Source: Camelus dromedarius (Eukaryota). From it: a stretch of DNA of 64,000 bases. The stretch is taken from the NCBI RefSeq assembly GCF_036321535.1, contig NC_087472.1, forward strand, positions 101,744,001 to 101,808,000, in the 5' to 3' direction. The translations under genes were made by a program, and so were the position numbers. Below are positions 12,332 through 25,229 of this stretch, one piece after another. Within the stretch, counting starts at the first letter, position 1. Each line of letters begins with the position of its first letter. The notes under the pieces were generated by a model that saw only the letters and a list, made by a program, of their open reading frames with translations, searched no databases and had not been told where the DNA came from.

Positions 12332-12728
12332 TGGGTGCAAAATGGCCCTTGGGTCATCCCTACCCACGCTGCCTCTGGCTTGGCCTTGCCATCTGCTTGG
12401 GTCCAAGAAGCAACAGCAAACCTGACTCAAAGAGAGAAAGGCAGAAGGACCTGGAGGATTGCCCTCTCCTGCTGCTGGGGGCGCTTTCCCTGCCACGTGA
12501 ACCAGGGGGGGCTAGCCCCACCGTCAGAGGTCACGTGGGGAGGGGGCCCAGCTAACACAGCTGTCCCGGCCGAGACCCCAGCCCTGGGAGTGAGCCAGCC
12601 TAGACCTCTCAGCTCTGGCCAGGCCAGGCCAGGCCAGCCCAGGTCTGCCCAAAGATCCACGGGATCATGGACAAAAATAAGCAGTGCGGCCGTAAGTCAC
12701 TAATTTACAGCAGAAGCTAACAGGTACA
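12332..12728 (+). mobile_element. MaLR solo LTR, MLT1F/G-like
   Basis: MLT1 3' end aaaataagcagtgcggccgtaagtcactaatttacagcagaagctaacaggtaca, plus cagctgtcccggccgag and gtgagccagcctagac motifs. Confidence 0.6.
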
Positions 12729-13839
12729 CCTCCATTACCTCCCCGCAGCCACCACCTCCAACAGCTGACCTCACTGTTTTCTGACTCAGATCAAAAGTCT
12801 ACAGGAAACGAGAAAAGATTAAATCACATTGGGTTATACATTTAGAAGCTGCCTTTATTGAAATGAATCAAATTATATGAAATCAGGACCATCTCAGAAA
12901 TGCTAAGTGAAACAGGTCACCATAATGACAGCCCAGAAATAAGGCAGTGCTTGGCACAGAGTGAGCCCTCAATACATAGTGCCTGTATCCCAAACTAATA
13001 TAATCTGACTTTCCATTTTACAGATGAGAAAACAGAGGCCCAAAGAGGTTGATGGCTCCTGTCAGTCCTAAAACTAATGGCAGGCCTCCTCCGCAAGGTG
13101 ACATGCATTATTTTATAAAGGTGGTGTCTGGACAACTTGTGACTTACCTGCATCAGAAGGGTGGGGGTGAGTCTCAGCAGCCCACGCCATCCACTGATTC
13201 AGATCCACAGGGTCTGTCTCGTTCTTTGTCACCAGCACACAGCAGGTGCTCAATCAATGTCAAACGAGGACATAAATGTGGGAAATTCACTGCACTACGG
13301 AAAAATCTGCAGTTCAGACCTGCAGGGCCCCTCCTCTCCCCTCACACAGAGTCACAGAAAACGTACAACCTTCCCAACGTGTTAGAAAAAGTTTAGCCCT
13401 GAGTGCTCTGCAGCAAATGCCTGAAGATGCAAATCAAAGGAACAGACTCCTCCGTACACCCCAGGGAGGAAAGCACAGGCCTCCGAGAGGCCAACGTGTA
13501 CCTCACGCCTCTCCTTTATACTTTTCTCCTTCTGTTCAGTCAAGGTCAACCTCCACTTGATTTGCCCCCTGATCGGGAAGGCTGCTCGCTGGGAGAACAA
13601 ATCCTGGCAACAGAACAATCGATGATCTCCATGCCAGGCCAAGGACGTGCTCACTGCCACTTTCTCCTCATCTCTTTTCTCTGACAAGAAGAGCTAAATT
13701 CATTTCCACACCATCCTCCAATGGAGGCAGCCAAGAGGGACCACACTCACTGCTCTCAAGCCCAGATGTCTTTCAGTGCTCCTCTATTCCTCATCTCGTT
13801 CATACCACGTGTGTGCATGTCTACGTGCGTGTGCACAAG

Positions 13840-13955
13840 CACGCGCTATGAGCTCCTTGTAGGCAGGAGCTGCCTGATTCATAGCTCTATCTCCAATACT
13901 GAGCCCATGCCTTGCATTCAAGAATATGCGTTCAGTGCACCCATGAATGAATGAA
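13840..13955 (+). mobile_element. L2 3' terminus
   Basis: tatgagctccttgtaggcaggagc...atgaatgaatgaa tail. Confidence 0.7.
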
Positions 13956-14057
13956 CTGTACCTGGAGGTCTCTCTGAGTGACCCTTGGAGATTCCACTGT
14001 GGTTGCACCATGTAACCAAAACATACATCACGTGAGCTTGAAACAGAGGCCTCAAAG

Positions 14058-14620
14058 TATTAAGTTACTGTCCCTTAGCTCCAAATCCACCCTTTCCATA
14101 TGCTGTTCTGTTATGCTGGGGCTGGGACTCAGCACGCCTCCTTTCTGCTTTGCCAGCTGCTCCCTCCCTGTTGGTCTCTGCCAACAGGGGGAGCTGGAGG
14201 GAGACTGGCAGGATGGAGGAAAAAGGGATTTGTGCCTCTCCTTGCTTCCTGTTGCCATGATCATCCCCTTAGTAATAGTTGTTTATTAGGGCAGTGGCCA
14301 CTAGCTGTTCTGTTTTGCTTTGTTTTGGTAATCCCAGAACCAGTCTCATTTCACCCCCTTTGAGACACCAGTACTAGCCAGGCAGCATCTCTTCAGAGGC
14401 CTGGGTCCCAGCTCTGCAGGGCATCCCCTCCAAACGTCTCAGTTTTGATAACCTCAACCCCGTGCCTTCGTCTCCCCAGTCCTGGGACTGATCACTGCTT
14501 CTCACAGTTCCCATTTCTGTTTCACTTTTTACCTTTTCAATCTTCTAATGCCTGTGTAACCAATGGCCTCTGTTAAAATAATGGGTATGATTGCTCTTCT
14601 GGCCGTGTCCTGAGTGACAT
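14058..14620 (+). mobile_element. ERVL solo LTR, LTR33-like
   Basis: ctccaaatccacccttt...atgctggggctgggactc...ctttgccagctg...tctgccaacagggggagctggagggagactg matches the recalled LTR33 start. Confidence 0.75.
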
Positions 14621-14848
14621 GGGAACCAGGGTGTATCTAGGGGCAACAGCACCTTGTGCACTCCCCCACAAGTTCCGAAGTCAGGCACAGGGATGTCTGC
14701 AGTTTAGAGTAGGACCCTCCAAATTTGGCTCTGAGCAAAAAGACAAAGACAAAACTGCTTCACACCTACAGCAAACAGGACACAAACAGCATCTGTGGGC
14801 CAACAAAGCAGACCCTCCAAAAATATTCATTGAAGAAATGAATGCACC

Positions 14849-15258
14849 TGTGGCTGAGACTGTTATGTGCTCCCTAGGACCTGTTCCCTCTTCTCAAAAC
14901 ACAGCTGGACTACACTTCCCAGCCTCCTTTGCAGCTAGAGTGGCCATGTGACCTCGTGCTGGCCAATGAAACATGCAGATATGATTTGTACCACTTCTAT
15001 ACCTGGACCATGAACATCTCCCATGAGTGAGACTCCCCTGTCCACCAGTCAGATTTAGAGGCTAAGGAAGACTGTGAGGCAAAAACACAAGGTAGAGGAG
15101 CCTAGTCTCAGACCAAGTGGAAGATCTCCTGGCCAAATACAGAAATAGAAAATGATGAACTGAAACTGTTAGCCAAGCACACAATACATGCCTATTGTAT
15201 TAAGCTGCTGAGGTCTGAGGTGCCTTTGTTGCAGCAATTAGCCTACCCTAACCAATAA
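14849..15258 (+). mobile_element. MaLR solo LTR, MLT1J/I-like
   Basis: cagctggactacacttcccagcctcctttgcagctagagtggccatgtgac...ggccaatg, ending tattgtattaagctgctgaggtctgagg...cctaccctaaccaata. Confidence 0.75.
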
Positions 15259-15847
15259 AGGGGCTAAGGTCATGAGTATGACCCTGAGCCCTGGCCATCC
15301 AACTCTGCGCAGGCTTTGGGGCATGAAGGTGGCTAAACAGGAATGTGGATGATCAGCAGAAGCTCATTTTGACAACTGGAGAAACAGCTCAAAGGACACA
15401 GCCTCCTGACAGCAGGTCTCTGCCCAGCGGGAGAGCACATGATTACGAAGAGTCCTTCCATCCAGATAATGGAGTCAGCCACTTTTGGGGGGCCTCATGT
15501 AGGTAAATCTGCAGAATGATTAACCAAACTGACCAGCTCCCGCAGAGTTTGCATCCCTGGACTCCTCACAGAACAACAGAAGATCATCTGCCTGTGACGA
15601 CTTTAGATATTGAACTAGGAGGAAAGAGAATAAGTGACTTTTCTTTCAATTAATAAGTAAAGTCTATTTTATTGTAAGAGTAATATATGGTCATGGGGGA
15701 AATAATTAGAAAACCAGAACAGAAAGACAAAGTGCCTAGTTGTACCACTACTTCATCCAGACAAAGCATTGCCAAAATGTTGATACATTTCCTTCCAGAA
15801 TTTTTGCCTGGCTTGTATTTTTATGTGGTGATGATTATACACAAATA

Positions 15848-16430
15848 AAGCATCGTGGTTAAAAGCCAAGTTCAAAATGTCAGATTTGAGAAAGACAAAT
15901 ACCACATGATATCACTTATTTGTGGAATCTAAAATATGACACAAATGAACTTATTTACAAAACAGAATCAGACTCACAGACAAAGAACACAGGCTCAGGG
16001 TTACCAAGGGGAACTAGGGAGAGGGATAAATTAGGATTTGGGGATTAGCAGATACAAACTATTAAATACAGAATAGATAAACAACAAGGTCCTACTGTAT
16101 AGCACACAGAACTATATTCAACAGCTTGTAATAACCTATGCTGTACACCAGAAACTAACACAACATTGTAAATCAACTATACTTCAATAAAGATAAATAA
16201 ATAAATAAAATGTCAGATTTGCAGCCTGTCTCTGCCTCTTCCTAGCTCTACAGTCTTGAACAAGTTACTTCACCTCTTTGCATCTCCATTTCTTCATCTG
16301 TAAAATGGGGACAATGATTTACACCTCACTCATCTTGTGGCAAGAATTAAATGACAGAATGCCTCAAAGCAGTTAGCACAGTGTCTGCCTGGCTGAGACA
16401 AAGCACTTATGAAATGCGAGCTGTTGCTGT
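15848..16430 (+). mobile_element. MIR SINE, interrupted by an L1
   Basis: MIR head agcatcgtggttaaaagc resumes after the L1 as ctctgcctcttcctagct...caagttacttcacctc...tttcttcatctgtaaaatgggga. Confidence 0.8.
15889..16206 (+). mobile_element. 5'-truncated artiodactyl-type L1 with perfect 15-bp TSD
   Basis: agaaagacaaataccacatgatatcactt...aaggtcctactgtatagcac...aatcaactatacttcaataaa. TSD aaaatgtcagatttg at 15874-15888 and 16207-16221. Confidence 0.92.
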
Positions 16431-17288
16431 AGGCTGGGAACACAATTATCTATCTTGATTGAAAGAAAAGAGCAGCGAGGCTTTCTGATTATAAAAGTGG
16501 TATTTCCTCATTGTAGGCAATTAGGAAAACATGGCAAGACATCACCCAAAAGAAACCATGATTTCTGGACGCCCTGCAGCTCCATTTCTCCTGTATTTTG
16601 TACTCAGGGAGACCCAAATTCAGAGGCTCACCAAATCCAGGCAGTTTGAAGTTGAAGGAACCTCTGGTGTCAAAAGAAAAAAAGAGGGGGTGCGGAGAGG
16701 GGAGCCCAATCCCGAGCTTGAGTGAAGGCGCCACATACGAAGATGGAAGGGAAAATCGACAGGACAGCAAGGGCAATCTAGCCCCTTATTTCGATAGCAA
16801 CGGTATTTGACTTTCATGTCTCATAACTACAAAAGAAAAACAAATCAAGAACTGCCTAAAGAGTATTTCTCAAGCACTCTCGTTTTCCTCTCTGCACAAA
16901 GTCTGGGCAAGAAAAGCAGACAAGAACACGTTTCCCTCCACCAGCTCCATCTGCCTCCCTGGGGAAGGGGAACCCTCCCTTCTCTGTGATGGGAACATGC
17001 TCTGACTTCTAAGTAGCATTCAAGTACAGCAGTGGGATCAGCCTTCAAGCCCTAAGCATTTCTTAATTATGTCAGTTTTTCTAGGCATTAGCTTCTGCCT
17101 TCCTGTCTGCTTAGGACAATGTTAAGCAGTGATTCTACAGCCAAAAGGATTAGGAATTGCAGGCAGGTCAAAGTCATGATTCCACGCGGAGCTTGTGGCG
17201 TAAGCTAAGGTGAAATGCACTGCATCCATCCCTCAAAGCTTCAGAATATCTGTCGCAGATAAGGATAATGTTGTCCTGTGGTTCATGC

Positions 17289-17456
17289 CAATGCTACTCA
17301 AAGTCTGGCCCGTGGACCAGCAGCTCCAGCATCAGCAGGACCTTGGTAGAAATCCAGACCTGTGGAATCAAAATCTCTGAGGGTGAGGTTCAGAAATCTG
17401 CATTTTTAACCACCTCTCCTGATGATCTTATGCAAACTGAAGTTTGAGAAACACTG
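17289..17456. mobile_element. MER5A MITE (internally deleted)
   Basis: caatgctactcaaagtctggcccgtggaccagcagc...gaatcaaaatctctgagggtgagg...agtttgagaaacactg. Confidence 0.8.
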
Positions 17457-17529
17457 GTTTACTTATACCACCTTCCCTAGAGGGTCAAGCACTCATGAAA
17501 ATACTATTAATAATAATATATAAGTAATA

Positions 17530-17760
17530 ATAATCCCTAGCATTAATAAAATACTTCCTACGTGCTAGAAACTGTTACTACTCATTATCTCTCTTTACTC
17601 CTCGTAACAATCCCACAAGCTAGACACAATTATTATACTCGTTCATAGATTTAAAAAACTGAAGATTAGGATGGTCATGTAACTTGCCCAGGGTCACCCA
17701 GCCTGGGAACGATGGATCCTGAGATTGAATCCAGGGCTGTTTGATGCAAAACTTACTATA
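17530..17760 (-). mobile_element. MIR SINE
   Basis: ctcgtaacaatccc...aaactgaagattagg...gtaacttgcccagggtcacccagc. Confidence 0.75.
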
Positions 17761-18579
17761 CATCTCAACTGCTCTCTCTTTCCCTCTCTCATTCTCCCAT
17801 TCAGTCAGCCTGCCTGCCTGCCTGTCTCTCTCTCTCTCTCGCCATTCAGGACTTCCTCAAGGAAAAGTTCCCGATAGCATCACCTTGCTGTAGCAGCTGC
17901 CCTTTCTCTGGATTCAGGCATCTGAATAATAGATACCCAGGAAGCTAACCCAGGAAGCTACAACTGCTGGGAGCCTGGAAGCTATAAGGAAATGGCTAGC
18001 CCCCTCCAGTCTTCGGCATGAGTTTTAATGACAACCGGGCAGGTTCAAGCATCCTCAGGCTGCTGCTGTAGTGGAACTGCTTGGCACAGCCACAGTGGCA
18101 TGCTTGGCACTGTCCCTGTTCCTGCTGGCATGGGCCAGTGCCAGGAAGAAGTGGGCACCAGTGCCAGGCAGTGGTGCCAAGCTTCCTCAGTGGGCTATGT
18201 TGCCACAGCAAGTCGGGCAAGTGGCAGAAATGTAAAAACTGCTTCTCGCAACTGGGGGGCGGGCATGCAAGTCCACCGAATTGTTGTAGGCTCTCTGCAG
18301 GCAGCTTGCAAAGGCTCTGGCCGCCTCACACGATGGTGCTGGTAGGGGACCAGGGCGGAGATCAATTCAGGGCAGACCCAGCTCTGGGACAGACAGCAGG
18401 CAACTAGCAGGTGATGACTGACTACACGAAGAAGGTTAAGTTCTCTTTGCCACACTTCCTTCAAAGGTTTAGATGCCTCTATAGGGTTGTTTTTCAATGT
18501 GTCCTCTTCTTGTCCCTTCCCATTGAAACTGGGATTAGAAGATACTGGGCAGAGTTTTTTTGACCCTTGGTATTTCACT

Positions 18580-19050
18580 CTCTTAGGTCATGTTCTATGG
18601 AAAGCAGACCCTGAAAGAAGATTCATGTGTATTCATGATTTATCAAAGAGATGGGTCCAGGACAGGTAGAAGAAGCAGGACAGAGAAAGGTAAGAGCTAA
18701 GCAAGTCCGGGGTCTCAGGCAAAGCTCCCATGAGGCTGCGGGGAACTCTGGGGCATAAGTTACATCTCAGAGTTGTCTCAGCTTGTGGCAAGGGAGCTGG
18801 GCTCTCGTCCCCTTCAGTCTTTGGCTAAGGTTGGTGTGTTTGTGTGTGTGTATGTGCACACGCATGTGTGCCTGAACATGTGCAGAGGAACATCAACTCA
18901 GACACTTTGTCTCTGCCAGCCTGTGGGCAAAGCAGGTCCGATAGCCCAGGATGGTTTTTGGAAGATGAACCAAAGGTGCTTGACACTGAAAGCCACTGAA
19001 GCTCTTGCGGGGACCCTAAAAGAATTCCAGGCGGTCTAGACAGAACACCT
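18580..19050 (-). mobile_element. LTR16-family solo LTR
   Basis: tcttaggtcatgttctatggaaagcagaccctga...gattcatgtg (reverse complement of the LTR16 3' end) and ggggaactctgggg...gcaagggagctggg. Confidence 0.6.
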
Positions 19051-19369
19051 ACATTCTTTACTAGACACCTTTCCTCTCATTTTATTAACATGTGATAAAC
19101 GTTACCTGTGAGTTAAAAATCATTATCATCACTTTCAACATTGACTAGCATCTCTGACCAGGCACACTGCACTGAGTAACGAGCTAGCAAGTTACCAAGC
19201 TGTTCATCCCAATGCTGACCCCATAAGGAAGATGGAAGACAAATACCAAGTAATCCCTCTTCCAGAGGGAAAGAAAGAGAGGTAAGTCCACTAAAGCATT
19301 TTACATGTCTCATATGAAAGCCCTGTGCAGTCACCTGATGTATTACAGAACCACTGTCACCTTCACACC

Positions 19370-19620
19370 TCACTCGGAAGCCAGGCAGTCTGGGTCTGAA
19401 TCCCAACTCAGCCACTTAATTCCAGGCAAGTTGCTTAACTGCTCTGTGCCTCAATTTTCTCATCTGTGAAATGGGGAGAACAGCACTGCCCCCCCCCCCC
19501 GAGCGTTGTGGAGAGGGTGACGCAAGTTGACTCCGGAGACCCACTGAAGGCAAGGAGCTGGCACGCAGTGAACACTCACTCAGTGGGAACTCCTACCATT
19601 GCAGTGATATCATTATTCAC
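19370..19620 (+). mobile_element. MIR SINE
   Basis: ctgggtctgaatcccaactcagccactta...ggcaagttgcttaactgctctgtgcctcaattttctcatctgtgaaatgggga. Confidence 0.8.
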
Positions 19621-19799
19621 AGCCTCTTGGGAAATGTCTTGAGTTTTGCCCTAACCAGGGTTCAGAGACGTGAAATTAATTTCCCAAAGCTCTTCAGAGG
19701 GTTGACTGTTTATCAAGAACAAGGATCCAGAGTTCCCCATTTCTGTTCCCTGCCATCCACCCTCTCTCCATCACTCGAGTCAGATGTTTGGTAGTCCTG

Positions 19800-20185
19800 G
19801 TCTGATCACTTTCTCTCCCCCTCAGGTTGACAGCTCACCTTCTCAAATATCAAAAGTCAGCTGCTGCCTAGCCCCAGATCTCACATTTAACTGTCCTGGC
19901 CCAGATGGCTTCAGCTGTTACCATTCACAATCAGCTTGGCCTTTTCCTGGTGACAATCTCTTCAATCTAAAGAATCCAGGACAAGGCCCAAATTCACCAA
20001 GAAACCTCTGATCCTCTGATAGACTGACGTCATGGAATTTGTTTCCTCTTCTGATTCCCAAAGCACCATGCTACTTCCACCTGGATGAGATACCGTATCT
20101 TCCCTAGGGCTACTGTGGAAGTCACAAGTTAAATCATGTGCACTGTCACGCAAGCACCCCCTCCCCTACATGTTGAATAACTTAT
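19800..20185 (+). mobile_element. L2 fragment
   Basis: ctgatcactttctctccc..., catgctacttccacc and atgttgaataa tail; strongly decayed. Confidence 0.45.
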
Positions 20186-20334
20186 GGTACAAAGACTGTT
20201 TCCTTTGTGAATGAGAAAATAGGGGTTCAAAGTGAAGTGAGTCACCTACAGCGACACTGCTGTGGGATGGGGAGTACTCAAAGACATGTTCGCCTGAACT
20301 CAGAAGGGTCAGCCTCCCCGCTGGTGAAGGGAGT

Positions 20335-20738
20335 TGGTGAGAGCTTGACTGGGAGCCCCACCCCATTCCAGATGTGCATGCACTGCACACTTCCTACATC
20401 AGGCACCTGTGATGTTCTGCCCAGCGCTCTGTCCGGCCATAGGAGCTCAGAAGTGCCAGGGACTCCACGCCTCTGGGAACAGCCCTCATCCAACAAGCGG
20501 CAGGAACTGGGGATCAACTCCTTCCTCCTGGGTGGGAAGCTAAAGTGTGTTCTACTCAGTGTCCCCAAGGCCCCCACCAGGTTAAGCCCTGGTTGGCCAC
20601 TGGGAGCTGCTCATTAATGCAGCGATCCTGCCCTCACAACCCCCAGTCCCTGAGCAGTGTTTTCTGGGATCTCCTCCTGAACACACAGCTCGCGCTTCCC
20701 TCCCGTGTCTGCTTCTAGAGGAAGTCAACCGGAGACGC
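20335..20738 (+). mobile_element. LTR16A-like solo LTR
   Basis: gaagtgccagggact...aacagccctcatccaa...gggtgggaagctaaagtgtgttctac...ttctgggatctcctcc...tctgcttctagaggaagtcaaccggagac. Confidence 0.7.
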
Positions 20739-22936
20739 AGGCTGAGTCCAGGAAAGGCACTTCACCGGCGTAGGTCTCCTTTCCTTCCACACACCTTTAC
20801 ACGAGGGCGTGGGACTGGCCATGGGGCGGCTTTCTGCTCTGTCATCCTATGAGTCTAGGAACCTCACCAGCCCACAGATGAAGAAATGGCACAAATCTAA
20901 TGAAATGTGAGTTGCAGGAGAAGTTCATGGACCTGACTCTCCCCACTTCTGCCCTCCTCTCTCTCCAAATTGGGCTGAGCACCCCCAAGCCCTAGGGCTG
21001 CTTTGTTGTGCACAAGATGAGGGCCCAGCGGCCTCCCGAGCTGCGCAGGAAGCCCTCTTGCCAGTTGCTGGCCCTGCCGTCCTCCCTTCCTGTGGATGTG
21101 CTGGGAACAGCTTCCCCTTTGTTTGCCCCTCTGATCCCCATCTGCTCAGCAACTGCCCAAATTCAATTCGGCGTCGCGTGCCTCCAGCCTCCAGCCCTGC
21201 ATTGTCTCTTAGGAATCACTCCAATCCCCCCAAACAAAGGCCTTCAAATCGGAATAAACCCTCTGACATCAGCCTGGCGGGTCAGGACGCTGAGCAGGAC
21301 AGTCCCCATACCCGCTGCTTTGAAACCCTTTGGCTTTGCTGACCTCTGTCTCACCCCCCTCTCAACGCACTCCCCCGTCACCACCAGACCAGACACCACA
21401 TTTCCGGGTGGACTGAGCCCCTGTGCTGAGCCAACAGGACCCCCTCCATTTTTTTGTGACCCGAACCCATCCTTTTTTGAAGTTCAGCTTTGTCCTTTTA
21501 CAGAAACGAACCTTTGTAGGGTCTGATTTGTGCAAAGTTGGCATCATCAGGGTAACATCAGGCAGGACCCCATGTACCTCTGCCCGGGATAGACTAGGAA
21601 GCCTGTTTTCTAGAAATTCTTCAGTTTCTCCATGACTGAGTTCTAATTCACTTGACTTTCTCCAGCTTATGCAAAGATATTCTTTCTTCTTCTAGAGGGA
21701 GATGTGCCCCCACTTAAACCTGTGATCACAGATATTTCATCATTCATTATGCCTGGAATCCAATTTAAAGATCAAGCTCTCCCATCTCCCCGTGGTGCTT
21801 CAGATAGGGCTCGGCTGGTGAGTTTTGCTGATGCCAAAGCATAACAGAACAGGCAAAACGTCTCCCAGAAACTCCACTTCAAGGTTGACGCCATATGCCT
21901 GCCTGAAAGATGGCAGCAAAATGCCCCATTTCCTCCTCCTCCTGTTGGATCAGTCCTGGTCTTGCTTGGACATGACAAGAGTTGTTCCTTTGCTTCCTAT
22001 CTGGCAAGCCGTGGCTGCTATTTCAATAAGTTTTATGACTCACATATCAACTTACTTCCACAATTCAATCATTTTATGGAAAATCAAGATAAGAATTCCC
22101 CGAAACTTTCCTTCTTGGAAATATTAAGCTCACCTCACACCAAAGAAGTATGGTCTTACGATGACATCTTAGAATAAAAAAAAAACCATCTTTGCAAAGA
22201 AAAGTTCTCAAAAGTTTCACATAGTGAACTTGTTGATTAGTCAATTCAGGACACATTTACGGAAAGTTTCCTGCGTGTCAGACAGTGGCTAGGTGTGTGG
22301 CATGATGAGACCAACCCTTCCCACACTGGGAAATATTTTTAGATTTTCTTCAATAAAAATAAGCAATTTATTGGGCTCTTTGAACCCTTTTGAAGGAAAC
22401 AAAAAGGAACATAGTGGTGGCCCCAAATTACTACAGTGGTAGAATAAGAAATGGCTCAGGAATAAATTGCAAACATGATTCCACCAAAGACAAAGTCAAC
22501 CTTCCAGAACTCTTCTCCTTCTCTCCTCTTCTATGGTGTACGTGTAGGTCTCTGACAAGGTAGAGATAACCAGAGACATTGTTACCCAAGGAGGAGTCTA
22601 CTCTTAAGAAAGAACCAATGCTTTCAGAGCACGTGTATGTCTGCAGGCAAGCTTTTAAAGCTCAAGGCAGGAAACTGTCAAATGAATGAAGGGGGAAACA
22701 GGCAAAGGAGTTTAGGGAGGCAGAGGGGCTGAGTTAAACGTTCCCTTCTTCAACATTTTAAGGAGGACACAAGTCAGTGGTTCTATCTGATATCATAGAA
22801 TCTACTCCAGGGTCATCACTGAACAAACCTCCTGAACAGAAATATGCCATGGTGCCACTGCATGTGGGAAGTTCATCATTGATAAACAAATTGGAGAATA
22901 TCAACACTAGACAGGACTTCAGAAATGAGCTGAGAG

Positions 22937-23115
22937 CAGTTCTTGACCAGGGGTGGTGCTGCCTCCTGCAAGTATGTGGCAGTGTGGGGGGTGTTGTGTT
23001 TCACTACGACCAGGGGAGGACCCCCTCACTGGTTTCAGTAGGCATGGCCAGAGATGCTCGATGACTCGGAATGCCCAGTTCATCCCACACAACAAGTCAC
23101 TGTCCCAGCCAACCC
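22937..23115. mobile_element. MER20-like hAT fragment
   Basis: gttcttgaccaggggtggt...cactacgaccagggg...ggccagagatgct...cccacacaacaag...tgtcccagccaa. Confidence 0.55.
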
Positions 23116-23296
23116 ACCTATCGTACCCCAGTTGAAGCAGCCCATGAACCTCATTTACAGAAAAGGTGAGATCTCAAGAAATGAAGTGAACTGCCCAAGG
23201 TCAGAGACGAGGATAGGGCTGGGGTTGGTAACCCAAGTTTTATATTACACATCAGGAAATGAGATCATTACTGTTTTCTCTTAGGGACACTCTGAA

Positions 23297-23748
23297 ATGT
23301 TTCCTTAGGATGGATTCTCCCCAAAGCCAACTTTAAGACATTGGAGTGTGAGTGGTGTATTTGGGCAGTATGGTGGCAGAGTCAGGAAGTGAGACAGGGA
23401 AGGGAAGGCAGCCATAAAAGGCAGGTTATCAAATAGGTTCCTTCTGTGGGCAATGGAGGTTCAGTCTTGCTGGGGGACTCTGGGGGATACTGTAAAACAA
23501 GGTTCAGACTTGTCTCATCTGAGGGGTTTGAGAAAACTGGGGTATTGATCCTCCAACTTTACCCTTCAATGACTGAAGGCTGCTCCCAGGAGCATTAATT
23601 CCCAAGCACTTCTGGCCCGCCCTGCTTGCAGGCTGAGAAAAAGTTCCCAGATGGAGAACTGTAGCTACTAGAAGTTGGACCCTGTCCAGGTAAGCACCGG
23701 AACAGTGAATGTCAAGAGCACATGGATGGGCATCAGTAGCATCTGTCA
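23297..23748 (-). mobile_element. LTR16C-like solo LTR
   Basis: gaagtgagacagggaagggaaggcagcc...gggcaatggaggttcagtc...actggggtattgat...gactgaaggctgctcccagg. Confidence 0.75.
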
Positions 23749-24579
23749 GAGATGCAAAGACCTAAAGTGAGTGGTGTGAGTCCAGTCACTTACGTGACTC
23801 TAACAACCTGGGCTGGTAGAAATTGCTGAAAATTATTTTTAAAACACTTGCTTTTCTGTTTGGAACAGTTTATAGCATTCAGTTTTGAACCCCCAAAGCA
23901 AACTTGGCCAAGGGCCCCTTATGAAGCCACAGGCACTGGGGCGTGGCCATTTAGGGGGCCGTTAGAGCCATAACTGCATTTTTTAAATTTCTCTCTTTGA
24001 AGTGGTTGCTGGCTTTCCCAGCTTCAGTCCCTAACTTTCAAAACAGGAGAGCTACTGCAACACACAACAAAATCCAACAAAGGCCACCAAGGTTTCTAAC
24101 CACACTAGTTTCTGTGGGTGTGGGCATGGTGAGCGAAGGTAGCCATGGGCCACAGGAAGGAAAACACAGCATCACTTCCCAGAAGCCAATGTCCAGGCAC
24201 CACTAGCCACACTGGCCTCCTTGTGACCTTCTTCAGGTGACATTCTCTAATGTTCTGTCATCGAAATATATTATTTCCAGTTCATGAAATGAAGTCATGG
24301 TTGCAATCCTATGAAATCCTGTCAAACACTCGTCAGCTGCCAGGGCACCATGAGTGTGCCCTGGGAAACGTGTGTTAACGTGGGGGTGGACACACATACA
24401 CACACACAATGACCTTTCAGATTAAAGACTCTGCCAAAGCCTTTCTTTCCCTCAGTAGGTGAGAGAAATCATCACCAAAAAGAGAAAACAGTGAAATATC
24501 ACCCTCACAGACTCCTGTATTTGGCTTTGTAACTAATTCTGTCAAGTGCTGACAAGACTTGTGCGCAGAGAAAGGGAAG

Positions 24580-24800
24580 GGAAACCAACAGTTCATTGGG
24601 CACGCTGTTAGACACTTTTGTATCTGTGTCATTTAATCTTCAAAACAGCCCTTGGAATAAGCATGACTATTAACCACATTGTAGAGGCCACAAAACAAGA
24701 CTGAGAGAGGCCGTGGGGCCGGCCCAAGGTCACAGAACCCAAGAGGCTTCGTCAGGACGCCAACCCAGTTCTCTAGGCTCCAAGGCCGCGCCTGCGCCCC
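24580..24800 (-). mobile_element. MIR SINE
   Basis: tcatttaatcttcaaaacagccct...gcccaaggtcacag...aacccag...ctcca. Confidence 0.65.
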
Positions 24801-25229
24801 TCAGGCCCGCCGGTCTTCTTAGCGGGAGGCCACACTTTGTGCTCACTACTTGGAAGTGACGATTCCCAGATGGCTTTAAACATATTTTTTAAAAAGCCAT
24901 AATTTTAAAAGACAACAAGGAGCCTTACAAAAAAGGTTGTTGAAAATATATACAGGACTTAAGAGCAATAAACTGTCCAACCACATCGACTTGGACACAT
25001 GAGAAGATTCCATAGAAAGCCACAGTGACCTTCACTTTAAAGAGCTTTGACACGCCTGCATTGCTTTGATGCCCCCGCGCTCCTGTGTAGTGGGCAGGGC
25101 AGATGCCTGCCAGCTACGTAATAGGCTGTTTGAGTGATGGTGGTTGTTCATCATAGAAAATTCCACATAGGTCTTCAGTAGGCACTGCTCCACAGGCCTG
25201 AAATGGGTCATGACAAGAGATCCAGCATC

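Noticed and set aside
21008..21526. 172-aa plus-strand ORF
   Set aside because: Low-complexity Pro/Leu translation of C/T-rich, probably L2-derived sequence.
18580..23748. Two same-orientation LTR16 copies about 5 kb apart, as a possible provirus
   Set aside because: The interval holds MIR, L2 and unique DNA with no gag/pol remnants, and the LTRs look like different subfamilies.
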